A stretch of DNA of 64,000 nt from Neovahlkampfia damariscottae (GCA_016618085.1 JABLTG010000011.1:1-64000); one strand, 5' to 3'; counted from the first letter of the stretch, positions 1 to 9,056 are shown. Program-made: numbers and translations. Notes: generated by a model from the letters alone, not told the origin.

Positions 1-28
1 CATACAAATCAACTCGAAAGAAAATAAC

Positions 29-765
29 ATGAAAACAAATTCTTCAATAAAAGCCAAGTTGCCTATTTCTGAAGAAAAGTTAAAAGAATTAAGGTTAAAA
101 CTGAAAAAACAAAGAGAGGAAAAACTTAATGAAGAATTCTATGAGCCTCCAATTTTAACAGAAGAATATATTAAAGAACACAAACTTACTGAGGATTTCG
201 TACAATCTCACGAATACTTACGTAAACATTATAAAGAACTTTCAAATAAATATGGAGATAAAACTTGGTTCATCATTGACAAATCTGGAATAGTTGATTA
301 TTCAGAAGATTTTGACGCAATTTATAATATATTTTATGACAAAGGATATGCAGGAAATGCCATACTATCTCAAGTTGGGAAAAGAGGATGTGAGTATAGA
401 CTTGTCAAAACATCTTCTATTAATTCTAAAAGCTAGATTTGCCAATGTTCTTGTGTAATGAAAAAACATGTGATTGTGATCTCCAAGATTTTTTATTCGA
501 CACTGGATCAGAAACAACTACCATTCTCGAAGAAGATTTAAAAAAATTAAATTTGAAACAAGAAGGAGTCAGAAAATTTAGACTTGCAAATGGTGTGCAA
601 ATTGAAAATCCAATCACAACACTTAGTTTTTCTTTTGATGAATATCCAGACAAATCTTTTAGAAGGCAAGTTTGTGTTGACAAAGAAGTGAGACTTCTTG
701 GAATGGACATAATTTTGGAAAATAAATTTGTGATTGATGGGATAAATAAAGAATTTATATATTGA
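29..765 (+). CDS. DUF5678-like domain fused to clan AA (retropepsin-like) aspartyl protease; predicted intron 390-436
   Basis: ORF 29-436 has a DUF5678-like segment (YLRKHYKELSNKYGDKTWFIIDKSGIVDYSED). ORF 439-765 has FLFDTGS...LANG...LLGMD. Removing GTGAGT(390)...CTAG(436) joins them in frame (KRG-Y-LPMF). Confidence 0.6.
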
Positions 766-1060
766 TATTTTATCAAAAAAAATCACATTGTCTTTTCTTC
801 TGGCTTCCTTTCTATATTCTTATAGAGTGTTAGTCAAATATTTGTATGATCCATCTGGACAACTTGTGTTTCATTTGAAAGCGTCACGTTTCAATTTGAA
901 GGGTCCCATTACACATAAAAACATGACTTTTCTTGTATAACAGGACTTAGTACAAGTAACGGGACTTAGTTGGTTGAAACCCCACTTAGTTGGAATAACG
1001 GGACTTAGTTAGAGTAACATGACTTAGTTGGAATAAAATCCTGTTATTCAGAAAAACAAT

Positions 1061-1275
1061 AAGACTCCTACGTAATTAGTCACATTATTAGAATAAACCT
1101 TGGTTTTCAACTTGAAGTGTAGCATTCCAACTGACCAAATAGAGTTTTTCCCACTAACATGATTTTATTCCGACTAAGTCGCGTTACTCAAAATAGACGG
1201 TGTTATTCCTACCAAGTAGTGTTTCAAGCAACTAAGTGGTGTTACTTCTACTAAACTACCTTTACAAGAATAAGT
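1061..1275 (+). repeat. Left (short) terminal inverted repeat of element B with 19-20-bp subrepeats
   Basis: Starts AAGACTCC..TAATTAGTCAC; periodic ACTAAGT-like cores; first ~110 bp nearly identical to the reverse complement of 7100-7210. Confidence 0.9.
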
Positions 1276-1481
1276 TTCTTAGGTATTTTATTTTGCAGAG
1301 TGATTTTACTTTATTTTCACCATGAAACAAAGGGATATTTTTGATTTCAATTGGATTTTTGAGCTGAATTTATTTCCAATTGTCATATGGTATAGTGATT
1401 CCAAAATTTTTTTCAAAACTCCAACTTCAAATTGAAGTTATCGATGATTTAAGGAATTTTTATTAACGGTTTTTCGGACCA

Positions 1482-2633
1482 ATGAGCACAGACGATTTAC
1501 CCTTGTTTGATGATGGACCTAAAGAAGTTGCATTTTCAAAAATAAGAACCGACCTTTTAAACAAGAATACAAACTTAGAAAATATACTTCTTCCATATTT
1601 CGAGGAGTTTGAATACAAAGCAATGGAATTATCAAGTCTTCTTCATAATTACCAAAAAATTTCAAAAGAAAAAGTACAATTCCACAAACACCTTACAAAA
1701 ACTTCCGTTTTGAAGTGGATATTTTTTACAAACAAGTTAGAATTTGCTGGATTAGAAACAGAACAAGACACTGAAGAATGCTTATCCAAAAGTATAGAAG
1801 AGGTAGATGAAGCACCAAAAAAAGAAGTGATTCAAATGTACAGTGCTCTAAAAGAATCATACAAAAGCATTAAAGAACCCATGGAAATTAGTTCTCATCT
1901 TGTGGACATACCTACATTGAAAAAATACCATGGAATTATGCTCAAGGATATTTATGCTTTTAAAGGAAAAGAAGGAAATTTCAGAAAAAGTGGCGCAGAA
2001 TCTTATAATTTAGATAAAACAAAGCACAAATTTTTACATCATGAATTTATTGAATCTCTCATGGAAACTTTATTGGGTCTTGTTTACAAACTTTCCAAAA
2101 ATATTGAAAAAATTGATCAACAAGAGAAAAGAGATGAATTCATTTGCAAAACAGTTGGACTTGCCAGTTTTTTTCAATTTCATTTTGTGGATATTCATCC
2201 ATTTTCAGATGGAAATGGACGTATGTGCAGGCTTTTGAGTAAGATTATTCTTGACTCTATTTTTCCAATTCCAATTCCAATGTTTGAAAATAGAGGAGAC
2301 TATCTAATTTCTTTGATTGAAGGAAGAAAGTTGAATCATCTTCGTGCACCCACAAAACTTGCTTCATTGATATTTGATGTGTCAATTAACTATTATAAGG
2401 GCATATTAAAAAGCATTAAAACACCATTATATATGACACTTGTTTCTACTGATGAAAAAAAATTCGGAGAAAAGGTTGAAATGATTCAATTGGAACAAGA
2501 AATCAAAAAAGAAATCAAAGAAGTATTCAAGAAAATGAAACCAGAAAAAGAACAAATAATTAAAGTTCCATTTCAATTTTATGATGGTATCAATATAGTG
2601 AAATTGATGGAAATTGACTTTGACAGCTTGTAA
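1482..2633 (+). CDS. Fic/Doc family protein (probable AMP-transferase), intronless transposon cargo
   Basis: Canonical Fic motif HPFSDGNGRMCR; upstream TNKLE and GNFRK elements typical of the Fido fold. Confidence 0.92.
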   Translation: MSTDDLPLFDDGPKEVAFSKIRTDLLNKNTNLENILLPYFEEFEYKAMELSSLLHNYQKISKEKVQFHKHLTKTSVLKWIFFTNKLEFAGLETEQDTEECLSKSIEEVDEAPKKEVIQMYSALKESYKSIKEPMEISSHLVDIPTLKKYHGIMLKDIYAFKGKEGNFRKSGAESYNLDKTKHKFLHHEFIESLMETLLGLVYKLSKNIEKIDQQEKRDEFICKTVGLASFFQFHFVDIHPFSDGNGRMCRLLSKIILDSIFPIPIPMFENRGDYLISLIEGRKLNHLRAPTKLASLIFDVSINYYKGILKSIKTPLYMTLVSTDEKKFGEKVEMIQLEQEIKKEIKEVFKKMKPEKEQIIKVPFQFYDGINIVKLMEIDFDSL

Positions 2634-2668
2634 TCACCAATAAACATTTTTCAAAAACAGCATTTTTT

Positions 2669-2958
2669 AAGACTCCAATGTAATTAGTCACGTTATTAGA
2701 ATAAACCTTGGTTTTTAACTTGAAGTGTGGCATTCCAACTGCCTAAATAGAGTTTTTCCTACCAATAGGACTATATTCCTACTAAGTCGCGTTATTCCGA
2801 CTGAGTTGTGTTATTCATACTAAATCATATTTCAACCAACTAAGTGGTGTTACTCTTACTAAGTCATGTTAAAAAAGAAAAGTCACATTTTTCTGAACAA
2901 CAGGACACTTCCAAATAAAGTATGATGTTTTCACTTGAAACACAAATTCTCCAGAAAT
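2669..2958 (+). repeat. Long terminal repeat of element A (downstream of transposase)
   Basis: ~290 bp, homologous in reverse to 6920-7210 and 852-1060; array of 19-20-bp units. Confidence 0.9.
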
Positions 2959-2964
2959 AAAAAT

Positions 2965-4140
2965 TTATTCTTCAGTTCTTTGCTTCTTTTGGTTATATTT
3001 TTTATTTCTTTCTTGTTGCTTTCTTTTCTTTTCCAATTGTTCGTCCGCATAATTCTTCAAGACCACTTTGTAGTAAATGCCATCTTCATTTCTGAGTGGG
3101 TACTTCATAATGTGATAATTTGTAAGTGCAGCACAGACTTTGAAGACAGTGGAATAAGATTCTTCGTCCCATTTGAATTTTCCTTCCATGATTTTAAATA
3201 ATTTCTTCATTCTCCCATAGAAATTTTCACAAATGATTCGGTTCTTGGCAATTTTCTTGTTTCTTGCATTTTCTTCTCTACTTAAGTCTTTTCCTTTGGA
3301 TGGAAGAATAGCTCTGATCTTTTCACTTGCTCCTTGGTATCCTTTGTCTACAAGTAAAGCCCAGTGTTTTGGATATTTGTCTTTGAGTTCGCCTTGGTCA
3401 TTGACATTCATGTCTAAACCTTTCTTTTCTAAGAATTTTTCGTAAATTTCCAAATTTTCCTTAAAAATACTAAAATCATGAACGGAACCAGCATGAACAT
3501 CACTAATGAAAATAGCAAGTCCATTAGGAAGATGTGCTACTTCTGTTTTGTAGCCATAACTGTGATGTTTTCCAGAGAAATAGTATTGGGCTTCTTTGAA
3601 GGACATCTTAGGTCTAGTTCTGGATTGAAACGTAACATCTACTACAAGTCCAACTTCAGGATAATCTTCTAGTTGAATATTCTTTTTTACTTGCTCATCT
3701 TTATAAACAATTTGAATGAGTTCATTAGACAATGGTTCAACTATTTTTTCCAAAGTATTATGGATGGACAACATGACTCCTGCTCTTTTTACTTTGTAAG
3801 TAACGGCAAATTTATCCCATGACTCATAATGTTTCAACATGACTAAAGTAAAGAAAAAAGAATCTAAAGGTCCAATTTCTGGTTTCTTTCCTCGTTTTCT
3901 CATCTTTAATTTCTTTTCTACAATTGAATAAAGTTCCATAGATTCACTGGTGGTAAAACCAGTCATCACCTTGATGGCTTCACTTCCTTCCTGAGCAAAT
4001 TTTTCATAGTGAATACTTTCTTCTTCTGGTTCCATGTCAGAATCTGAGGAGTATTCTTCTACACTCTTCTTAATTTTCTCTTCTTTGTCCTTTTCAGAGT
4101 TTTTATAGCCATCAAGTATACTCTTGGTAGAACCAGACAT
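2965..4140 (-). CDS. DDE transposase, DDE_Tnp_4 (Harbinger/ISL2EU-related)
   Basis: VVDVT, FSGKHH, GSVHD, VDKGYQG, RIICENFYGRMK motifs; preceding HTH-like region; open frame of 391 aa from ATG 4140. Confidence 0.92.
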   Translation of the reverse strand: MSGSTKSILDGYKNSEKDKEEKIKKSVEEYSSDSDMEPEEESIHYEKFAQEGSEAIKVMTGFTTSESMELYSIVEKKLKMRKRGKKPEIGPLDSFFFTLVMLKHYESWDKFAVTYKVKRAGVMLSIHNTLEKIVEPLSNELIQIVYKDEQVKKNIQLEDYPEVGLVVDVTFQSRTRPKMSFKEAQYYFSGKHHSYGYKTEVAHLPNGLAIFISDVHAGSVHDFSIFKENLEIYEKFLEKKGLDMNVNDQGELKDKYPKHWALLVDKGYQGASEKIRAILPSKGKDLSREENARNKKIAKNRIICENFYGRMKKLFKIMEGKFKWDEESYSTVFKVCAALTNYHIMKYPLRNEDGIYYKVVLKNYADEQLEKKRKQQERNKKYNQKKQRTEE

Positions 4141-4399
4141 TGTTGCTAAAGTCAAGCATTTTGTGCCGTTTTTATTGGTTGAGATTCATTGAATAGATGT
4201 GATTCATGTATGTGAATATTTTCAAATAAGTCTGAACTCAATCACTGAAAATTATTGACCTCAAAAAACTTAAAAAAACCGATGACTAGTCGAAATGTAA
4301 ATATGACCTTAACGATGAGAAAGGAAAAATTAAGAATGTTAATGTGTATTTCAAGTTACTTGTCAAATTTGTTGATTTGTTTTGTGAATTTTGATAAAA

Positions 4400-5750
4400 T
4401 TATAATTTATTCATAAATTTCATTTTTTTGTTCGGATTTTCAGTTATATTTGAATTGCGTTTTTTTGTTTTTGTGAGCCTTAAATTGATCAATTCTGATT
4501 CTGTGATATGCATATCCACAAAAAACAAAAATAATTTTTCTTTGATTTTTTTCAAAAGAACCGAGTCAATCTTCTCTTCATACTTGTCTCTTTCAGATGC
4601 GAGATGGATTCCATTTATAAAAAATGAAATATACTCATAAAATTTTTGAAATTTTTTTTTGCTGTGGTAATAAGTAGAATATGCATAGATTTTGTATTTT
4701 TCTTTAGCAAAAAAATTATTGTAATTTTCTTGTGACACGTGTCCCGTCTTGAAATAAAAATTCAATATATTCAAATATTCTGATTCTGTTTGTTTTTTAT
4801 TGAGTATATCAAACAGAAAATCGATATTTCTATTATCTACAATATAATTCAGCTAAAGAAATATAAATAATATGATCATAATCAAATTCAATCGCTTTTT
4901 CTTTAATTTTTTCTATGCAATGCATCACGTCACCACATTTGTCCATAGAACACAAGATTTCCATATTTACCTTTTTAATTTCTTCCATTATATCTTTTTT
5001 TGTGGATGCAATAGTTTTTATTCTTTCCGGTTTATGTAATTCGCTGGATAAATAATTGATGATATCTACAGTTTTATAATATTTACGAAATAACGTCTTT
5101 GATGCAAAAGACTTGAATTTATGACACGTAGTTCTCATATCGCAAACACATTTGTCATCAAGAAAATCCATGATGTTCAAAAGCAAATCTTCTGGTACGT
5201 ACTTTCCGTTAATTTCCATGTTGTCCAATAAAAAACTTTGTTGTTTAAAATATTTATTAAAATTCCAATGGCATGTATATATATGCAATGGCACTATCCA
5301 TGTATTCCACACATGGAACTCTCCACCAAAGGAATGATTTTTCATCACGAAACTTATAGTTTCCGCCTCTATAAATAATAGTGAGACTAGCTTTTTTGTT
5401 TTTGTGAATAGAAATTGGAAGATTTCCAGCAAATAAATCTTCATAATTTTTATCTTGTCTAAGAACGTTCCATTGCACAATATCACTTCTTTGGATTTCA
5501 TGAAAGATGTTAAAGATTGAATTTGTTCGAAACTTTCGTTCATCATGTACATCAAATTTGGACTTTCTAAATTTTTGTAATATCTGACTTTCAACATTTT
5601 CGCAGAAGCTGTGCTGTATATAATTTGTCTCACTTTTTCTAAATGTTCAAGTGCAGATTCAAAAATTGAATCCACATCACCTTCTTCAAAGCTTTGTGAA
5701 AGTTGTTGACTACTAGCTTCAAATTCTTGGTTGAGTTTGTCTTGTGACAT
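4400..5750 (-). CDS. F-box-containing protein (transposon cargo), apparent 1-nt frameshift near 4838
   Basis: VPEDLLLNIMDFLDDKCVCDMRTTCHKFK is F-box-like. The reading frame continues in a shifted frame (DNRNIDFLFDILNKK...) into ORF 4400-4774. Confidence 0.6.
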
Positions 5751-5939
5751 AAAAATCAGGACGTCCAATGAAATTTTAAACAGAAGATTTTTATAAAAAA
5801 ACCAATCAACTTCTTTTTTTGGGGGATACAATTTGGTATCAAACATGAGGATTTTCAACTTTCTTCCTATTTTCCATTCCGCAGTGTTTAATTGGTCATT
5901 ATTTTAGAACTAGAAGGTTTACCAACCAATTATTTTAAA

Positions 5940-6401
5940 ATGAAAATAAACGTGAAGTTTTCAGACGTGAGTGAAAAAGAAATTATTAGTGTTGATGGAA
6001 CTGGAAAGTGCCACTGCTTCACCCAGACTTTTATCAAAATTTACAAAACAGCATTCAAAAAGAAATTTAACAAGGAATTTGATGGGATGTGTGTTGTAGA
6101 TGCAAGAAACAATAAAGATAAACATAGTAACGACGATAAAGCTGTTCATGGGGCTCATATTAAATTGTCCGGGCAAGGAAAAAACAGTGTTCTTGTGATA
6201 CCAACATGCCAAAACCATAATAAAAGGAAAATACAAAACCATACTTTAAAGAAAGCTGCACAAGGTCTTTGGATACAATGTTGTTGTTTCAATTCGAATG
6301 GTAGGGGGTGTGAGTGTGAAAATTGTGATTTTGATGATGAAGATTATTGTTGCAATTGTTTGAATAATAACTTAACTTGTAATTGCATTCAAATAGAATA
6401 A
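5940..6401 (+). CDS. Cys-rich protein with HNH/His-Me-finger-like motif (transposon cargo)
   Basis: VDGTGKCHC...GAHI...VIPTCQNHN pattern followed by a CxC-rich tail; ATG 5940. Confidence 0.5.
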   Translation: MKINVKFSDVSEKEIISVDGTGKCHCFTQTFIKIYKTAFKKKFNKEFDGMCVVDARNNKDKHSNDDKAVHGAHIKLSGQGKNSVLVIPTCQNHNKRKIQNHTLKKAAQGLWIQCCCFNSNGRGCECENCDFDDEDYCCNCLNNNLTCNCIQIE

Positions 6402-6694
6402 ATTTTTCAAAATAAAGTTGTTTTAAATTCGGATAATTCACAGTCAATCCAGAATTGAGCAAGAATTGGTCTACAATAAGAAAAATAATGACAAACATTA
6501 CTTTGTATTTTCATTGTCGACAAATAAAATTAAATGCACTATTCAGAACTACTTGAATTTTTCTATATATATTTTTTCATTTACAGTCTGTTGAGAATTG
6601 CTTTGAGTATTTGCGGGTTTATATCTCAATTTGGGTCTTATGATATCACATATCTCACATTATGGACAATGTTGACCAGAGAACTTTTTGGTGC

Positions 6695-6897
6695 TAACAT
6701 GACTTGGTATGAGTAACATTATTTAGTTGGTTGAAACATGACTTAGTCAGAATAACAGGACTCATTTGAAACAACACGACTTAGTAGGAATATAATCCTA
6801 TTGGTAGGAAAAACACTATTTAGGCAGTTGGAATGCCACACTTCAAGTAAAAAACCAAGGTTTATTCTAATAACGTCACTAATTACATTGGAGTCTT
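6695..6897 (-). repeat. Short terminal inverted repeat of element A
   Basis: Reverse complement of 2669-2871; ends CATTGGAGTCTT. Confidence 0.9.
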
Positions 6898-6919
6898 TTT
6901 AAAGTATCTGAATGTCTTA

Positions 6920-7210
6920 TTATTCCTTCAGAACTCATGTTTCAAGTAAAAGCATCATGTTTCATTTTGAAATGTCCTGTTACATGTAAAAACGCAACTT
7001 TTTTCATTAACATGACTTGGTAGGAGTAACACGACTTATTTGGTTAAAACACCACTTAGTTGGAATAATATAACCTAGTAGGAGTAATGTTACTTAGTTA
7101 GAATAAAATCATGTTAGTAGGAAAAACTCCATTTGGTCAGTTGGAATGCTACACTTCAAGTTGAAAACCAAGGTTTATTCTAATAACGTGACTAATTATA
7201 CTGGAGTCTT
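6920..7210 (-). repeat. Long terminal inverted repeat of element B
   Basis: Reverse complement of 1061-1275 plus ~80-bp inner extension shared with the other long ends. Confidence 0.9.
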
Positions 7211-7318
7211 AATACTTAGTTGGTTGAAACACCCTACTTCAAATTAAAAACTAAGGTTTATTCGTAGAACGTGACTAATTACATAGGAGTCTTAATAATT
7301 AACAAAAAAAAAATTTAT

Positions 7319-7669
7319 TTATGAATAAAACTTTTTGAAGTTTAATAATCCACTAGCAATCATGACAACATAAATTAAGTGTTTTTCTGATATAAATTCT
7401 GCATGCTTTAAACGAATTTTGCCTCTGCCAACTCCAAAATTTGAATAACTTAATTTTTCTGAAGTTTTTGGCAAAGTGGATTGCTTTTCCTTTGCAATTG
7501 TAAAAAAAGAAGCAGAAGTAAAATTTTTCTTCTTCTTGTCTTCTGTTGTTTGTTGATAAATTGATTGGATATTAATCAATAATTTCAACACAGAATAAAT
7601 TAATTCATAATTATTGTAAGTAAAAAATTTGAGCTTTTTTTCACCGAATAAATATTTTTTACCTCTCAT
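7319..7669 (-). CDS. Hypothetical protein, possibly a degraded gene starting at ATG 7755
   Basis: 116-aa ORF; no recognisable motif. Confidence 0.25.
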   Translation of the reverse strand: MRGKKYLFGEKKLKFFTYNNYELIYSVLKLLINIQSIYQQTTEDKKKKNFTSASFFTIAKEKQSTLPKTSEKLSYSNFGVGRGKIRLKHAEFISEKHLIYVVMIASGLLNFKKFYS

Positions 7670-7794
7670 ATGTTTATTTAATAACTCACTAATAATGTTT
7701 TGGTCAACATACTTATTTTTGACTTATAAAATGTATCTACCATATAATCTCTCATTATATAATCAATTTATATAATAATTTATTTAAACTTAAA

Positions 7795-7980
7795 TTAATA
7801 TTTTTGTTTTTGTTCCCATCTTTCAAAAAACCTTTGCATTTCTTCATATTTTGTTTGTTGTACAAAGCATTTTTTATGCATTGTTTTGTCTTCCCAATCG
7901 TCGTGATTTCTGCTGTTTTTTCTTGCATTTCCAATTGGTTTTCGGATCGGTTTGTCACATAATTCGCATGTTTTTGTCAT
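7795..7980 (-). CDS. Small CxxC...HxxC zinc-binding protein, virus-like
   Basis: CELC...IGNARKNSRNHDDW...MHKKC; AT-only motif directly upstream of ATG. Confidence 0.55.
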   Translation of the reverse strand: MTKTCELCDKPIRKPIGNARKNSRNHDDWEDKTMHKKCFVQQTKYEEMQRFFERWEQKQKY

Positions 7981-8096
7981 TGTTATATAATTAATTTATA
8001 TAATAATTTCTTTAAACCTTTTTTATATTATTTTCTCTATTTCCAAAATTTTAACAAATTTATCAAATTCTTCCCTTTCATCAAATGAAAGTCTCA

Positions 8097-8626
8097 TTAT
8101 TTCTCCAAAAATGTACCTATAATCATGATAATCGCTCCAGTACAAATCATGAATACAAAAAATAAGTCATTTGAATATATGTTGCTTATTCGTTTTATAA
8201 AACATTCAAATGTGATTTGCATTAAACAATTGGCTATTTTTGAACATATAATACGTCTTTTTATGTTTATTTCTTCATTTTCAATCACTTTTCGTTTAAT
8301 TTCTTCATCTTGAAGGATTTTTTTTGTTTTTTTTCTTCTTCTTGATGGATTTTTTCTAAATTAATAAAATCAATATCAATACAAAGAAACTGAGACAAAC
8401 CCAAAAGTAGTTCATCAGTTGTACTCATTTTTTCACATAATAATAAATCTAACAGTTTGTTCATGGTGTCACCCGTGCAATTCAAGAAATATTCATCGTT
8501 CTTTGTTTCTAACATTTTATTCTGTTTTGCTTTTTCCCAGTAAGCAGATAACATTGGTGAAATACTTATAATATTTTTGTCTACTTGAATTTTTGTTCCT
8601 TTGCAGTTTAATGTTAATAATTCCAT
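8097..8626 (-). CDS. BTB/POZ-like protein with C-terminal hydrophobic helix; frameshift in A-run near 8325
   Basis: LTLNCKGTKIQV...SPML...YFLN...LLDLL...QFLCID is BTB-like. The alternative frame LQDEEIKRKVIENEE links to ORF 8097-8288. Confidence 0.55.
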
Positions 8627-9056
8627 TTATTATATAATTAATTTATATTATTTTTTAAAAATATAATCAAACAAATTTTTTTTGTCCAAATTCAACAAAG
8701 ACTTGTCATTGGCCAAATTTCAACAGAAAAATTCTGGAGATTGGTCCACGTGCATTTTTTTCTAAAAATAAAAGCTCAATCATTGGTTAAAATTCAACTT
8801 TATTCATGTCCAAAGAGGACTGCATGGAGACTATCTACTCTTGGGTATTCGAAAGTTCTGAATGTTTATTAGTTATTTTAGTGCGCTTTTATAGCTCTTG
8901 TGCTTAGTTCCGATTGGTGTAAAGCTTCGAAGTAGAAGGTCGTATTTGAAATAGATGGTTTACTTTAGGACGTGTAATCGCTAAATATGGATATTTGAAT
9001 AGCCTAATTCGGATGTGCTTATCTCTGTTTAATACAACTTTGTTCCGCATGTAACA

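Larger units (their letters stand above)
2669..6897 (-). mobile_element. Element A: 4.2-kb PIF/Harbinger-ISL2EU-type (DDE_Tnp_4) TIR transposon with transposase and cargo, TSD TTT
   Basis: 2669-2871 and 6695-6897 are 203-bp inverted repeats sharing variants (AAGACTCCAATG, GTGTGGCATTCCAACTGCCTAAATAG, CCTACCAATAGGA). TTT lies at 2666-2668 and 6898-6900. Intact transposase ORF inside. Confidence 0.85.
1061..7210. mobile_element. Element B: non-autonomous TIR transposon carrying a Fic gene (~1.9 kb once the nested element is removed), TSD AAT
   Basis: Inverted ends 1061-~1275 and ~6920-7210 share diagnostic variants (GTGTAGCATTCCAACTGACCAAAT, ACTAACATGATTTTATTC). AAT lies at 1058-1060 and 7211-7213. 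Confidence 0.85.
852..7293 (+). mobile_element. Long right end of outermost transposon (element C), split into 852-1060 and 7214-7293 by insertion of element B
   Basis: 852-1060 aligns with the inner part of the ends at 6920-7210 and 2669-2958. 7211-7293 supplies the missing terminal part ending GGAGTCTT, with no gap if one AAT is removed. The left end would lie outside the window. Confidence 0.8.

Noticed and set aside
939..1040. ACTTAGT periodic array as a CRISPR- or TIGR-like guide array
   Set aside because: Period is only 19-20 bp, variable parts are 3-7 nt and position-conserved between copies, and there is no Cas/Tas gene. The arrays are integral to paired TIRs with TSDs.
2666..2671. 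Canonical Harbinger TAA/TTA target duplication with termini GACTCC
   Set aside because: That register gives non-matching flanks (TAA vs TTT/TTA). AAGACTCC termini give matching TTT/TTT and AAT/AAT and restore the split end exactly.
2935..3672. Plus-strand ORFs antisense to the transposase, and similar shadow ORFs window-wide
   Set aside because: F/L/S-rich antisense shadows of A-rich coding strands without motifs.
6534..6716. 60-aa ORF running into the TIR
   Set aside because: No motif; ends within repeat sequence; probably incidental.
7211..7293. Pairing this terminus with 1061 as the element boundary
   Set aside because: It shares AAGACTCCTA and an AAT flank, but it is more diverged internally and precisely completes the truncated 852-1060 copy.
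8310..8340. Programmed ribosomal frameshift in the BTB-like gene
   Set aside because: The shift lies in A homopolymers; assembly error or decay is simpler, and a similar slip appears in the FAM32A-like gene.
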